Assembly: GCA_051362555.1 (NCBI GenBank)
Contig: CM120643.1
Location: forward strand, 868,001 to 932,000
From: Lingula anatina
Taxonomy: Eukaryota > Animalia > Brachiopoda
Direction of reading: 5' to 3'
Length of the DNA: 64,000 nt
Shown here: positions 37,907 through 50,098 of the stretch, one piece after another
Position numbering within the stretch: the stretch's first letter is position 1
How the letters are laid out: the number at the start of each line of letters is the position of its first letter
Position numbers and translations under genes: made by a program
Notes under the pieces: model-generated
Told to the model about the DNA's origin: nothing
Database searches by the model: none
What the model saw: the letters and a program-made list of their open reading frames with translations, nothing else

Positions 37907-38932
37907 CCCTCAAGAGACCAAGCTATTTTACTGACTGAAATGACCAAGTGGGGTCATCTATGACCCCATTGTGCTCTGTACAGGGATCCTTATTAGAAAA
38001 GGCTGTTGAGGGTTTATCACACCTATACTACTCCCAGGATTTAAGACAAGCATTTTATAATGATCTGTAATAAGTATTTGGTAATAATACTTTTATTGCA
38101 TGAAATAACCAAGCACAGATTTTAAGAACAACATTACACCGGTATTTAGACAGTCCTTGTCAGTTTCCACTTGCAGAAATATTTCTCTTTTTATTTGCCA
38201 CACTAAATGAAAAAAGTACATTACAAAATTACTTTGAGTTAAAATATTTTGACTTATGTTGAGATAGCATCCTGCTAACTTCAATAGGAATAATTGGCTG
38301 ACTTGCTGAGTAGGGAATACCCTTATGCTGGTAAGGAAGTCATACTACTCAGAACACATTCAATCAACCTACATGTATGTTACTACCACATCTGTGTATA
38401 AAACAAAATCCACACAAACAATTTTTTAATATATGTATAATATGATAGCGACAGAATTCTTTACATTTTCGAAATACCCAAAAATTGTAACCGTCAAAAT
38501 GAGAGACCCAGTTATGAGAACAAGTTCCAACAAAGCTACTGAAATTAGATTCAGCGATGCACTATTAGTAACACTTCAAGCACAATCTTCACAAACCATT
38601 TATTTGTGCCTATGTTTTGGGCCCACTGGCTGGTTGCATGAAGCACATGCATGTGATATTTTCCTGTTGCGTGGGCAAAACATTTGAATAAAATTTAAAA
38701 ACTAATATTTAAAAACAAATGCTTCTCTTTGGGGTCATAAATGACCCCACAAGAGTTTGTGATGTATACGCCAAACTAATTGGTTGATCCCTACAAAAAA
38801 ACTGTGAAAGTGTGTAGGATAAGTAGACTGACAAACTCATGCAAGGAAAGAAAATTCGAATAAAAAATAAAGAGATGGCACATTAAATCATATGGCTGGG
38901 GTCGTAAATGACCCCACTCGGTCACTTGAGGG
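37907..38932. mobile_element. Non-autonomous piggyBac-type element (1026 bp)
   Basis: TTAA|CCCTCAAGAGACCAAG ... CTCGGTCACTTGAGGG|TTAA: TTAA duplication, CCC/GGG termini and subterminal GGGGTC-n-TGACCCCA palindromes at ~37950, ~38731 and ~38898. Confidence 0.88.
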
Positions 38933-40357
38933 TTAATAAGTTAAAGAGAGCGTTATGTGAAAAGCGTTCGACAAAATTCAGTGAATACAGAGAAGACAAA
39001 CTCTCATATTGAAGTTCAGACTGTAATGATGACACGAGCAGCCTTTCGTCAAAATGGAAGTCAAGTTTGGTATTAAAGAAAAAAAAAAAACATTGTCAAT
39101 TACTTCTGTATTTCTACTCCTGGCAAACACTGCAGGGAAATACAATATCTTCCTCTTAAGGTTGCATTTTATGTAAAATATATAGTAGGGTGTATTCACG
39201 TTCCCCTCATTTCACAATTAATTACGGTTAATTAATTAGAACTAAAAAGAAGAAATAATGCATTCATCAAAGTGAATAGTGAATTATTACCTGTTCTCAA
39301 TATCTCTACGTGATATAACAAGTTTCATAACTCTTTTTCCTGATACTGATTATATGCAGTCTTATTATCAATATAGATATTTTTTAGTAACGGAGACAAT
39401 TTTTGTGAAAGAATTCACTTTCTTACACACAGAATACCACTCTCTCTCTCACTCACGCGCACGCGCTTGCACACACATACACACACACACACTGCACTTT
39501 TTGCTACCCTATTTAACCGATATCGGACTCTCTGACCCTTGCAGTAAGAATAATCGATCATACAAACTGAATTTTAAGCACTTTTCCGCTTAATTAATGA
39601 TTCTATCTATGATCATCATAAAGTATATACAGAAACCCATTAAAGAGAATCTATAACGACCATTTGATATGTAAGAAACAATTTCGAACCGTTCTAAATG
39701 TCGATACCTATCACCCTAAATAAGTTGACCGATGTCAAGGCTTGATAGTGTCGGGAAATAATGGTCATAGTTTGGTGTGTTCGCTGCCGCTCTACCCCCC
39801 ACCCCCCCCCCCCCCACCCCCGCCCACTGTCATCTGTCTGTGAGACCAACTGACACTTTTTAATTGTTTATATCACACAATAAAGCACTCTTTATGACGG
39901 ACTCTAAAGGTTATATGTCCTCCTGGCGAGTTTGACCTAGATAACGGATGAGACAACAAAACACGTTGAAGAAAATAATACCAGTATGTTTTTAGCAAGT
40001 TTCTAAATTTGGTTGCTTAGGACATGACTGAAGCATCCGAATGCATACCGGGGTATTTGCAAATACATTCTCGAATAAGCAACTGTGTTTGCACACACAC
40101 ACACACACACGCACGCGCGCGCGCGCGCGCACACAGGTATTAAGTCACTTTTAACAAATGTTGGCTTTGTTGCCTATTTCATCAATTCAATAATTTAAAA
40201 AAAAATATTAAATTGTAATTTGTTAACAGCAAAATTAAAATCAAAATTCGCTGACTCGAAACTAAAATGTCCCCTGCCTACCAAAATATCAAAGCCGCTA
40301 CATTATGATATTTGGTATACGAAAACAACTTGCAAATTAACATTCCCCACCAGCTCA

Positions 40358-40547
40358 GGCCACATTCACAATCTAAGTTGATCCGCGGACTAATAGATCC
40401 ACGGATGAAATATAGCCGACTCACTTGATTCCGCAGTCAATCTCTTCAGTGTCTATTGGGGGCTAGTGCGGCAAGATTGTAAGTGGGTCAGCCATACTTG
40501 ATCCGGGGATCTGTTAGTACGCGGATCAAGTTGTCCTGTATGCACCT
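40358..40547. mobile_element. MITE family A copy
   Basis: TTGATCCGCGGACTAATAGATCC ... GGATCTGTTAGTACGCGGATCAA inverted arms. Confidence 0.75.
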
Positions 40548-41830
40548 TTACATTAGAAGATTGCTTTGCTAGGGTCATTAGCCGGCTACATGATTTATCA
40601 TGTGGTTTATATGAGTTCAATGAACTTGTTATAATTACGTAGGCAAAAGTTCAATATTTATCTTTAGGGGTAAGAATCCTCGTTAACCGGTAGAGAAGAA
40701 TCCATTATAAAGCGAGGTGAATGCCCTGTATAATTTAAGGTAAAGGCGACGGTTGTAACCAATTATTAAACTTTAAAGACGTGATTGGATTTTTGATAAT
40801 TTTTTTTAAAAATCCCCATCTCAACTTGACCCTTTTTATTTGCGATTTATTATCTAAACATTACCTGAATTCTAAATATTCCGTATCCAAATTCGATTTA
40901 ACTTATTGAAAATTTCGTCCATATCACAAGTAATAGTTAAGCTATTTTCATTTCAGTAATGTTGACCGTTGAGGTTGGATGTTGACTTCTTCTCGGTGCA
41001 TTAGTACAATTATGGCAGACAATTACATAAGTTCTCTTCTCTTTTATAAAAAACGTTCTCCTTGATTTTAACATTTCGAACAGATGGTCAACATATTATG
41101 CAAGTCATGCCTGTTAAGTGTCTGAATTTAGTGCCCTGAGGCATTTGTAATTTTGGACAAGTGGGAGTGAGTGCCTTCTTTCCATTGTTTTAAAAACATG
41201 AAGTGTGAAAATAAATTTTCATTAACCTCGACGTTCAGTGTCTTGTTTGTCATCCCTGCAAGCCACAAAGTTTGAGTGGACTCTGTATTCGGGTGTATAT
41301 AAAGTTTGTCAACCAGAATTGTGATCTTTCGTGTTACGAAATGTAGTGCAAAGTGCACATTGTTGTCTTTTTTTTTTTTTTTTTTACAAAATCGGAATTT
41401 ATTGAAAGTAAATTTTATTCAACATTACTGAGTATAATGTATAAGATGTGCCCCGTTTTTTTTTATCTTAATACCGTTTTCAAAAACTTCACATCAAAAT
41501 ATGCAGTAAGGGGATTACTTTTCCTATCAAACAAATAAGTTTAAGTTGCAAAAAGAATTTTGTTCACTTCCGTCCCCAACAATTTTTAATTAAAAAAACA
41601 TATATATGGAAAGTTCGTATTCCCAAAATTAAACAAAATATATCCATACAACGAAGGAGAAAACAACAAAAACTCCTCGCAGTATTCTAGTCATTTATTA
41701 AGTACCTTAATCACCGAACAACTTATGAAACCATCACAAACTGATCGCTTTCCACACAGGAATCTCATCCTGCTATCGCACCGACTAAATTTCTAAAAGT
41801 CAATATCTTAGTCAATAGCCGAATTTTAGC

Positions 41831-42471
41831 TTAATAGACCTTAGCATTGTGGCCGCTATAAGAGGCATCGTAGCTGTTATAAGCATTATAGCTGTTATAG
41901 GAGGCATCGTGGGCGTAGCCGTAGTTCTTCAGGCTTGGGCACTGGTCTGGCTTGTTGATGACGAGGTAGCCATCACAGCAGTCTTGGTGACGTCTGTCGT
42001 AGACAACTCCACCACAACAGTCCTCATAAGTGGTGCTGAAGGCTTTGCCATTGCAGCTGAGGAGAGAGAAATAACGTACATGATCAGCGGTGATGGTGAA
42101 TAGAACGTGCATTACTGAGGAGAGAGAGAGAGAGGGAGAGAGAGAGAGATGTGGGAGGAAGAGCGGGGGGGAGGGGGGGGAGAGAGAGGTGGTAGCCGTA
42201 TCCGCGAGCGCTGCTAAACATGAATAGAAAATAACAGAAATAATATGAAAAAGATTTAGAAGCTCTAAGCCATTCTAACTGACGGGAAAGTAGACGCAAA
42301 AAGTGAAAAGGGTTTTTAGAATGTAGCAATAAAAACAATCAAACACTTCGTACATAAGGTATAGTACTAATTTTGCTTTTTAATTCTTTGAAAAAGACAA
42401 AAATCTTCAAAATGAAAAAAAATGTTGACACACGAATTTAGTTCATCACAGAACGAAATATGCCATTGAAA

Positions 42472-42510
<39 letters not shown>

Positions 42511-43097
42511 AATGTTGTTGGACGAAGAAGTTAAAAAGACACAGGCTGCAACACTGCCAAGGTGTAAAATTAAAATTTGGTGTAGACCTTCCGCAGACTG
42601 CCTTCCCAAGTTTCCAAGACTTTCTGCTCTTTCGGATTAATATCTGTTAAATTTCCAAATACTTCGTAAATTGGCAGATTGCTAGCTTTTGTGTTCATTT
42701 TGAAATGCTGCGCCATTTGTGGTGGAAAATGGTGAGGAAATAATAAGGACGACCTGATGTCGTTTTATAATAAATACGAAAGCATCTAAACACAGACTTA
42801 AAAAAAGAAACCATGAATTTAGCGATGCACAAACAAAAATATGATAAAAGCGCAGAGAGAAGATTTACGTCTCTAAAACTATCAATTTTAAAGCGGGTTT
42901 TACACTTACCTAGAGATGTAATCTTCTGGGCGTCCGCGGGCCTTGGGGACGTAGCCGTAGTTGTAGCCTCTGCGGGCGTAGCCACCATATCCGTAGCCAG
43001 AACGGGGAGCGTAATCGCCGTAGTAACGGTCGCCTCCCTTGTATGAGGTGGCGGCGGCGGCGCAGATAACAACAGCGAGGACAACAAGCTTCATCAT
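41831..43097 (-). CDS. Small secreted Tyr/Gly-rich protein with galaxin-like di-cysteine module, paralog B (137 aa); exons 42910-43097 and 41831-42056
   Basis: MMKLVVLAVVICAAAA TSYKGGDRYYGDYAPRSGYGYGGYARRGYNYGYVPKARGRPEDYISS|CNGKAFSTTYEDCCGGVVYDRRHQDCCDGYLVINKPDQCPSLKNYGYAHDASYNSYNAYNSYDASYSGHNAKVY*. Same intron position and phase and same CGCCAAGATGATGAAG start as paralog A; AATAAA at 41694-41699 (minus). Confidence 0.88.
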
Positions 43098-43183
43098 CTT
43101 GGCGGTCGACAGGGCGTACGGCAAAATCTCCGACGGTCTACGAGTTTCAGAAGAGAGGTACGGGGTTTGCGTCGCCGGGGAGG

Positions 43184-43190
43184 TTTTATA
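43184..43190 (-). promoter_or_regulatory. TATA box of paralog B
   Basis: TATAAAA on the minus strand ~90 bp upstream of the ATG. Confidence 0.65.
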
Positions 43191-44479
43191 CTACGTTTTA
43201 CGTGTGAAGCGTCATTAGCGTCGCACGTGAGACATACTTAAAGTTATGTGGCTGGTATTGTGCTTCTTTAATAGTATTTGCCCCTGCGTTTAGTTCACCC
43301 CATCATATAATGCATATTAGGTAACGTGTACTATTTTCTGAGCCCTGGTTGTTTTCTGAGATGGTCCTGTGTCGTGTTGGATTGTTATTTGTAAATTGCC
43401 AGATTTCGAGATGGAGGCGATTGCCGGCAAGTCGTGTGGCCATTAATGTGTAAATTATCACTAGAGGACACACCTCTTAATAAGAAGGGTGACGTCTCCT
43501 GCGCTCTCTACCTATCACATGTTGTCGAAGAGAGACGCAGAGAAAAGCTGAAGGATTATAAATTGATACATTCCCTCCTCAGATGTCGAAACGCTCACCA
43601 CAAAGCCATTATTATCTTTCTTTTAATAATGGCATAAATTTCACCAGACACAATTTTGAAAAAAAAAAAATTACCCTCGTGAATGTTGACGCCGTGACCT
43701 TCCATCGGGTAAGGCGTCGCCCCTATCAAAACCATTAAGTTCTGCTAAACCGCTCTTAGCAGGCGATCTTTAAGTTACGTTTGATGTTTTTACATCATAT
43801 TTATGACTTTAACCGTTGGAACTATCTGTCTGAAAATGTTCATTTAACGTGTGTTCGTGTCTTCTAACACGTCTTCGTGACCTTACCTTACATAATGCTA
43901 ACACTGTTTGTCGAGAGGTCAAAAGAAGGAATTATAAATATAAACGTTCAATGTTTTCTGTGGTTACGTGTGTATTTTTGTCTACCTGGTGGAATAAACT
44001 TGCTACATGTAAGCAAATAGCAACTTCTCAACACGTAAAACTAGGGGGTTGTCTTAAGAATTTCAGCAGAAGACTCTTAACGAAAAAATCTTAACGATCG
44101 ATGACTTCTTCTAAAGGTCACAGCTATCTTGACGGCTTTAATGTCGCAGTCACACCATCTTCTGTCATTTTTTGTACTTGATCGCCTTTAATGGCCACTA
44201 GTATGCAATCAGGGGGCAAAGACACCTGAAGAAGACAATTGTCGACGAAAAATAAAAACGTTTCTGACGATCTATTGATGCATGTACCTCTTTCTTGAAA
44301 TTTCAATTCCACAATTTAACTCTCATTTAGAAGCGTTTATTTAAACGATTATGTTAAATTTTGAGGCTCATATATATTTTAAAAATCTTGAAAGATGTTT
44401 TAAATTATAAGCATTAGTGAGAGATCTTTCCACTGATTATTTTCATCAGTTTTGTCTTTGTACCTGGTGTAGCCCCATT

Positions 44480-44680
44480 ATATCTATCTATAAGAAATCT
44501 GTACTGATAGTTTGCAACAGGTAAACCATGATATCTATCTGTAAGAAATCTCTTTATTTATTTTGCAACAAAAACACCGAGATACCTATTTGTAAGAAAT
44601 TATTATATTTATTTTGCAACAGAAACACCATGATATCTACATATCAGAAATCTATATTTATTTTTCTGCAGAAACGCGGC
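44480..44680. repeat. Degenerate 51-bp tandem repeat, ~4 copies
   Basis: ATATCTATCT(A/G)TAAGAAATCT...TTTGCAACA..AACACC recurs every ~51 bp. Confidence 0.75.
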
Positions 44681-46250
44681 TACTTTATCAAGCATACTTC
44701 ACCCAATATTAAGCAATTTTCTGTGATGTATATGTGTCTTTTTCAGTTATGTTTCTACACTAGCCATAATGTGGTATCACCGGTTTATTTCAATGTGCTA
44801 TTAATACTGTCCTAGCTCTGAAGAAGGTTCTAATTGCATCCACATTCTTATTAAAAGAATCGTCGATCTTTTGTTGTTTCATAAGGAAAATAATTAGCGC
44901 CATATAATGCCCAATGAAAGATAGACAGTCAGACCAAATTTTCCCGTTAGACGACATTGTGATGGGGGGGTGGGGGTATTCAATGGTGCCGCGCACGCGC
45001 TAATGGCGACAAATCGCTGACCTTTTTCATTTTTGTTTTGCTGCTTGGATATTTATTTAATAAAGCCATCAGACCTTATTCGCCTCTAAAATTTTGTAAC
45101 AGCTAGAAGCACTTCTGGTGGAGGGTTACCCTATTCCAGGCGCGGCTAAGTCTCTAGACTATTTATTATTGATGACGTATTAATGATTGGCCTGCGTCTG
45201 GTTGTTTTAGTGACACAAGTCAACCCCAACTATTTTAATAGCTCGAAAATATTCTGTATAATTGAAGATGTCGGAATGTGGCACATTAACGGCATTAGAA
45301 TTTCAATTTAAATTAATCATCCTGAACTTAATGAATTGAGCTGTGCAAGAGAAGAATTTAATGAGGACTATAAACTGTGGTAAAACATTGTAGTGTCACC
45401 AGATTCAGATGACGGGCGGTGGTCATTATTTCATTTTTTTCTTTATTTCTATTTCTCTTTCTATATCTCTCTTCGTTCCGACTTCCTATCATTCCATCTG
45501 TCTATCTTTCTACATGTACCATTCCGTTTTTTTTCTAATTCTCTGTATATATATATTTTATTTTTCCTTATATTTCTTTGTCTCTGTTTTCGTTCGTTCT
45601 TTCTTTCTTTATTTTTGTTCAGATGGGATGTTAACTTCAAAAACGTCAAATATGCAGAGGATTTTTTAAAACACTATGAATGGAGAGGCGCGCGGAGAGG
45701 GGGCTTCGTCGTCCTCACTACACTCCGTGCAAGTACCGGAACATATAAAAAGCCTCACAAGTAAGGCAAATGTTGCCTGTTTTCATTTTCAGTTACTTTA
45801 TATCGACCAGAAAGGAAGATGCAGGGATCAAAATCTGCGACAGGCCGCTTCTGCACGTGAGTTTTTCCTTTACATTATTTTATTTTGTTCATATTCGAGT
45901 CTTGACGCCATAGAAAAATTATTTGTAGTCACCTTATGCATTAGCTAATCACACAGAAGCAACAAATCTCTTTCTCTGTGTACGTAAATAACGAATGTGA
46001 CAACTTCACGACACGGATGATGACAACTATAACAATACACCAGCCCCTCAGGCACGACACGTATACGTAATATTATAAGTTTGAAGTACAGGTAATATAA
46101 GCTTAGACATGTCCAACAAAAACAAAATGCTCTAAGGAAGTATTATATACGTTAATACACGTGTTGCTGTGAAGATAGATGTTTTTTATAAATGGTAAGT
46201 TCTCATAAAGAGAGTAGGGGGAATAGTCACAACGCCTACTCATTCTATGC

Positions 46251-46292
<42 letters not shown>

Positions 46293-47562
46293 TAAGGCGT
46301 CGATCATTTAAAACATGTATATATATATATTAAGTTTGGTGACTTGTAGGCCCTCAAGCCGAGTGATTCATATACTTATATATTCACATGTCACGTTAGT
46401 AAATAAATAAATACTATGTACGGTAGCAAAACGTTGATATTTTCATAAGTGTAGCAACATTGCCGACGGCTGATTTTGGCTAGTTACTGCTTGCTTGATT
46501 TATTTCATTCATATTCAGTTTTAGTATGTAGATTCAAGTAGCTGATAATTACAACGCTGCCTGCTTGACGGAGACTTAGACGCTGTGAATCTCTGCCTTG
46601 AGCCTTGTTCAGCACCGTTCAAGTTAAAAATGCTTTTAGATTAATTTTCTGAAAGAAACGGCGTATTACAACAATCGGTTGGTAAAGTTGATTCAGTGGT
46701 AACAAAAGTTCACACTTTGCTCCAGACGATTTATCCTTCGTAGCGTTCTATATACATCCAGGGGTTAGACTTAAAACCAGTTTTATAAAAACGGTGCAGG
46801 ATGCGACCCATGACAAGTGGGAAGCGTACTTTTATCAGCACTATAACAAGTGACATCAGTTATGTCGATCACGTCAACTCTCTAAATGCGTAGGTCCATA
46901 TATATTTTATATGATATCTAACTGAATACAACTGATAACCCGTATCACTCGGCAGGGAGCACACAGTGCAGTGAGGTAGATATATTATATTATACCACCA
47001 CCAATACTCACAACACGTGGCCAGCCTCACCTGGCAGTGAAGCCGGCTCGCCTTGGGGGGGGGGGGGGGGGGGGGGGTGTCTTGTCGCTCGAGATTATAT
47101 GCCAACATTACAACATGTCTCATTTCTTTCTCAATCTTTTTTTAAATCAATTACATATACAAATCAATCTATTTCGGAGGGTGGAGGTTGCCACTCCAGA
47201 TTTGTAAGTTCATATTTCAAGGTCTCATTTTTCCCAATCAAAGTAAAAGTTTACTTCCTATGCAGATCAATAGATTAGTTTATCTTATATACTGGAATGC
47301 AGTGACATATTTTAGATACGGATACTGTTTCTAGAGTATTGTAGAACAAACACCAGTTTGTATGTATGTATATATGTATGTATGTATGTAAATCTACGGC
47401 ACTTCTCACATTGAGCAGTATACTCTACTGGGCCAGTCTGGACCGGTCCACTTTCACAGGCTAACCCCCCCCCCCACTAGTTCTTTTCCACAAGTTCTGC
47501 TTTCTGTTGCTAACAGTGGGGGCTACACCACGGTGACTCTCTCGCTTACATGTAGTAGCCAG

Positions 47563-48802
47563 GGCCCGGTTGCACCAACAGGGCGTAAATTTACTCGGCT
47601 ACGACTGTCGTAAACCGCAACGCCTGGCGTCCGTGCGCCAGGTTTACTCTCCCTGCTTACGCCCGTTGCACCAAGACAAAAACTGATCGTCGCAACTACG
47701 CCCGAGTAACGCTCCGTTGCGTCACTGGCCAACAATACGTGGATGGTATAATTGGGCAAATGAGGAGTTCTCAGCTGCAGTCACAATGGAATGATAACAT
47801 AAGTAAACACAAAAAGAGCATTTCAGTGACGGAGAAATTCATGAGCTAAATTATTCCAATTAGAAATAAGAACGTTAAAATACGTTAACTTTGCTGTTGC
47901 CTTGGATATATAGCAATAAAATCGTAAATATATTCCAAATAAAAATATTATTATAGTGTGCTATTATAAAAAATATTATTATATGTATGCTATTATAGTA
48001 TGCTGTTGTAAATGAGAAAAACGCGTTGGAGGCAGTACGTATTTCTTTTAATGGATTTGAACACCTTCACATTTGTAATCGAAACAATTGAGTCTGAAAA
48101 TAATGCAAAAAAGCCAGCATTGCCTTCTTTTTATAATTTTACAACAGAGCCCACAATTTCATGACCTTTTTTATCTATGGTTACACCGTGAGGTATCATT
48201 TAATTCAATCGATCTTACATCTTGGAGATTGAGAAATACAATATACCTAATACATATTATATGAGCCTTAAAATGTTGATATTTTAAGCTTTCGTCTCTA
48301 TGTTTATATACAGTAAAATATGAATGATATAAAATGTGAATAAAAAATGACTATGGTTAGTTATGGTTTGTCAAAAATTGTGAAAAGCATTAAAGAAACC
48401 GTACTGCTGAGAGCCAAGGCATGTCGACATGAGTGGTAAGATTTAATATGAACACATGCATATACATGTACATGGCTATATATATAATTAGTTTTTTATA
48501 AACCAAGCTATGCAGACGGAAGTTTTGTGTAAGAAACAAACAAATAACAACCCACATAATCTACGTTAACTACGATAATTGTCATCAAACTCTCTCTGTG
48601 CCAGCCTAGCCATAGTGGAAAACGAGCTACGACCGACTTACTCCTCCTACCTGGCAGGCGTAAATTTACGACTTAGTTAAGACCGACGTAAACACTACTC
48701 CAGTTTGATGCAACTGGCGTTACTCGGGCGTAGCGATTTGCGCCCGGTTTACGCCGGCGCAACTGCTACGCCTCACTTACGACCGGTTGGTGCAACCGGG
48801 CC
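47563..48802. mobile_element. Non-autonomous Harbinger-type element, left copy of an inverted dimer (1240 bp)
   Basis: CAG|GGCCCGGTTGCACCAAC ... GTTGGTGCAACCGGGCC|CTG: 17-bp TIR, CWG flanks, GC-rich subterminal repeats (GGCGTAAATTTAC, GTTGCACCA) and an AT-rich core. Confidence 0.88.
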
Positions 48803-48805
48803 CTG

Positions 48806-50098
48806 GGCCCGGTTGCACCAACCGGTCGTAAGTGAGGCGTAGCAGTTGCGCCGGCGTAAACCGGGCGCAAAATGCTACGCCCGAGAAAAGCCAGTTGCAC
48901 CAAACTGGAATAGTGTTTACGTCGGTCTTAACTTTGTCGTAAATTTACGCCTGCTAACTAGGTGGAGTAAGTCGGTCGTAGCTCGTTTTGCACTATGGCT
49001 AGGCTGGCACAGAGAGAGTTTGATGACAATTATCGTAGTTAACGTAGATTATGTGGGTTGTTATTTGTTTGTTTCTTACACAAAACTTCCGTCTGCATAG
49101 CTTGGTTTAAAAAAAACTAATTTTATATATATATAACTAATTTTATAATTTAATATAATATATATATATATATGATTATTAAATACATTATGTGTGTAGC
49201 CATGTACATGTATATGCATGTGTTCAAATTAAATCTTACCACTCATGTCGACACGCCTTGGCTCTCAGCAGTACGGCTTCTTTAATTCTTTTCACAATTT
49301 TTGACAAACCATAATTAACCATAGTCATTTTTTATTCACATTTTATATCATTCATATTTTACTGTATATAAACATAGAGACGAAAGCTTAAAATATCAAC
49401 ATTTTAAGGCTCGTATAATATGTATTAGGTCTCTTGTATTTCTCAATCTCCAAGATGCAAGATCGATTGAATTAAATGATACCTCATGGTGTAACCATAG
49501 ATAAAAAAGGTCATGAAATTGTCGGCACTGTTGTAAAATTATAAAAAGAAAGCAATGCTGGCTTTTTTGCATTATTTTCAGACTCAATAGTTTCGATTAC
49601 AAATCTGAAGGTGTTCAAATCCATTAATAGAAATACGTACTGCCTCCAACGCGTTTTTCTCATTTACAACAGCATACTATATTAACATACATAGCACACT
49701 ATAATAATATTTTGATTCGAAATATATTTACGATTTTATTGCTATATATCCAAGGCAACAGCAAAGTTAACGTATTTTAACGATCTTATTTCTAAATCAA
49801 AATGGAATAATTTAGCTCATGAATTTCTCCGTCACTGAAATGCTCCTTTTGTGTTTATTTATGTCATCATTCCATTATGACTGCAGCTGAGAACTCCTCA
49901 TTTGCCCAATTATACCATCCACGTATTGTTGGCCAGTGACGCAACGGAGCGTTACTCAGGCGTAGTTGCGACGATCAGTTTTTGTCTTGGTGCAACGGGC
50001 GTAAGCAGGGAGAGTAAACCTGGCGCACGGACGCCAGGCGTTGCGGTTTACGACAGTCGTAGCCGAGTAAATTTACGCCCTGTTGGTGCAACCGGCCC
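48806..50098. mobile_element. Non-autonomous Harbinger-type element, right inverted copy (1293 bp)
   Basis: CTG|GGCCCGGTTGCACCAAC ... GTTGGTGCAACCGGCCC|CTG; reverse complement of 47563-48802 with scattered substitutions and an AT-rich insertion near 49130-49195. Confidence 0.88.
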
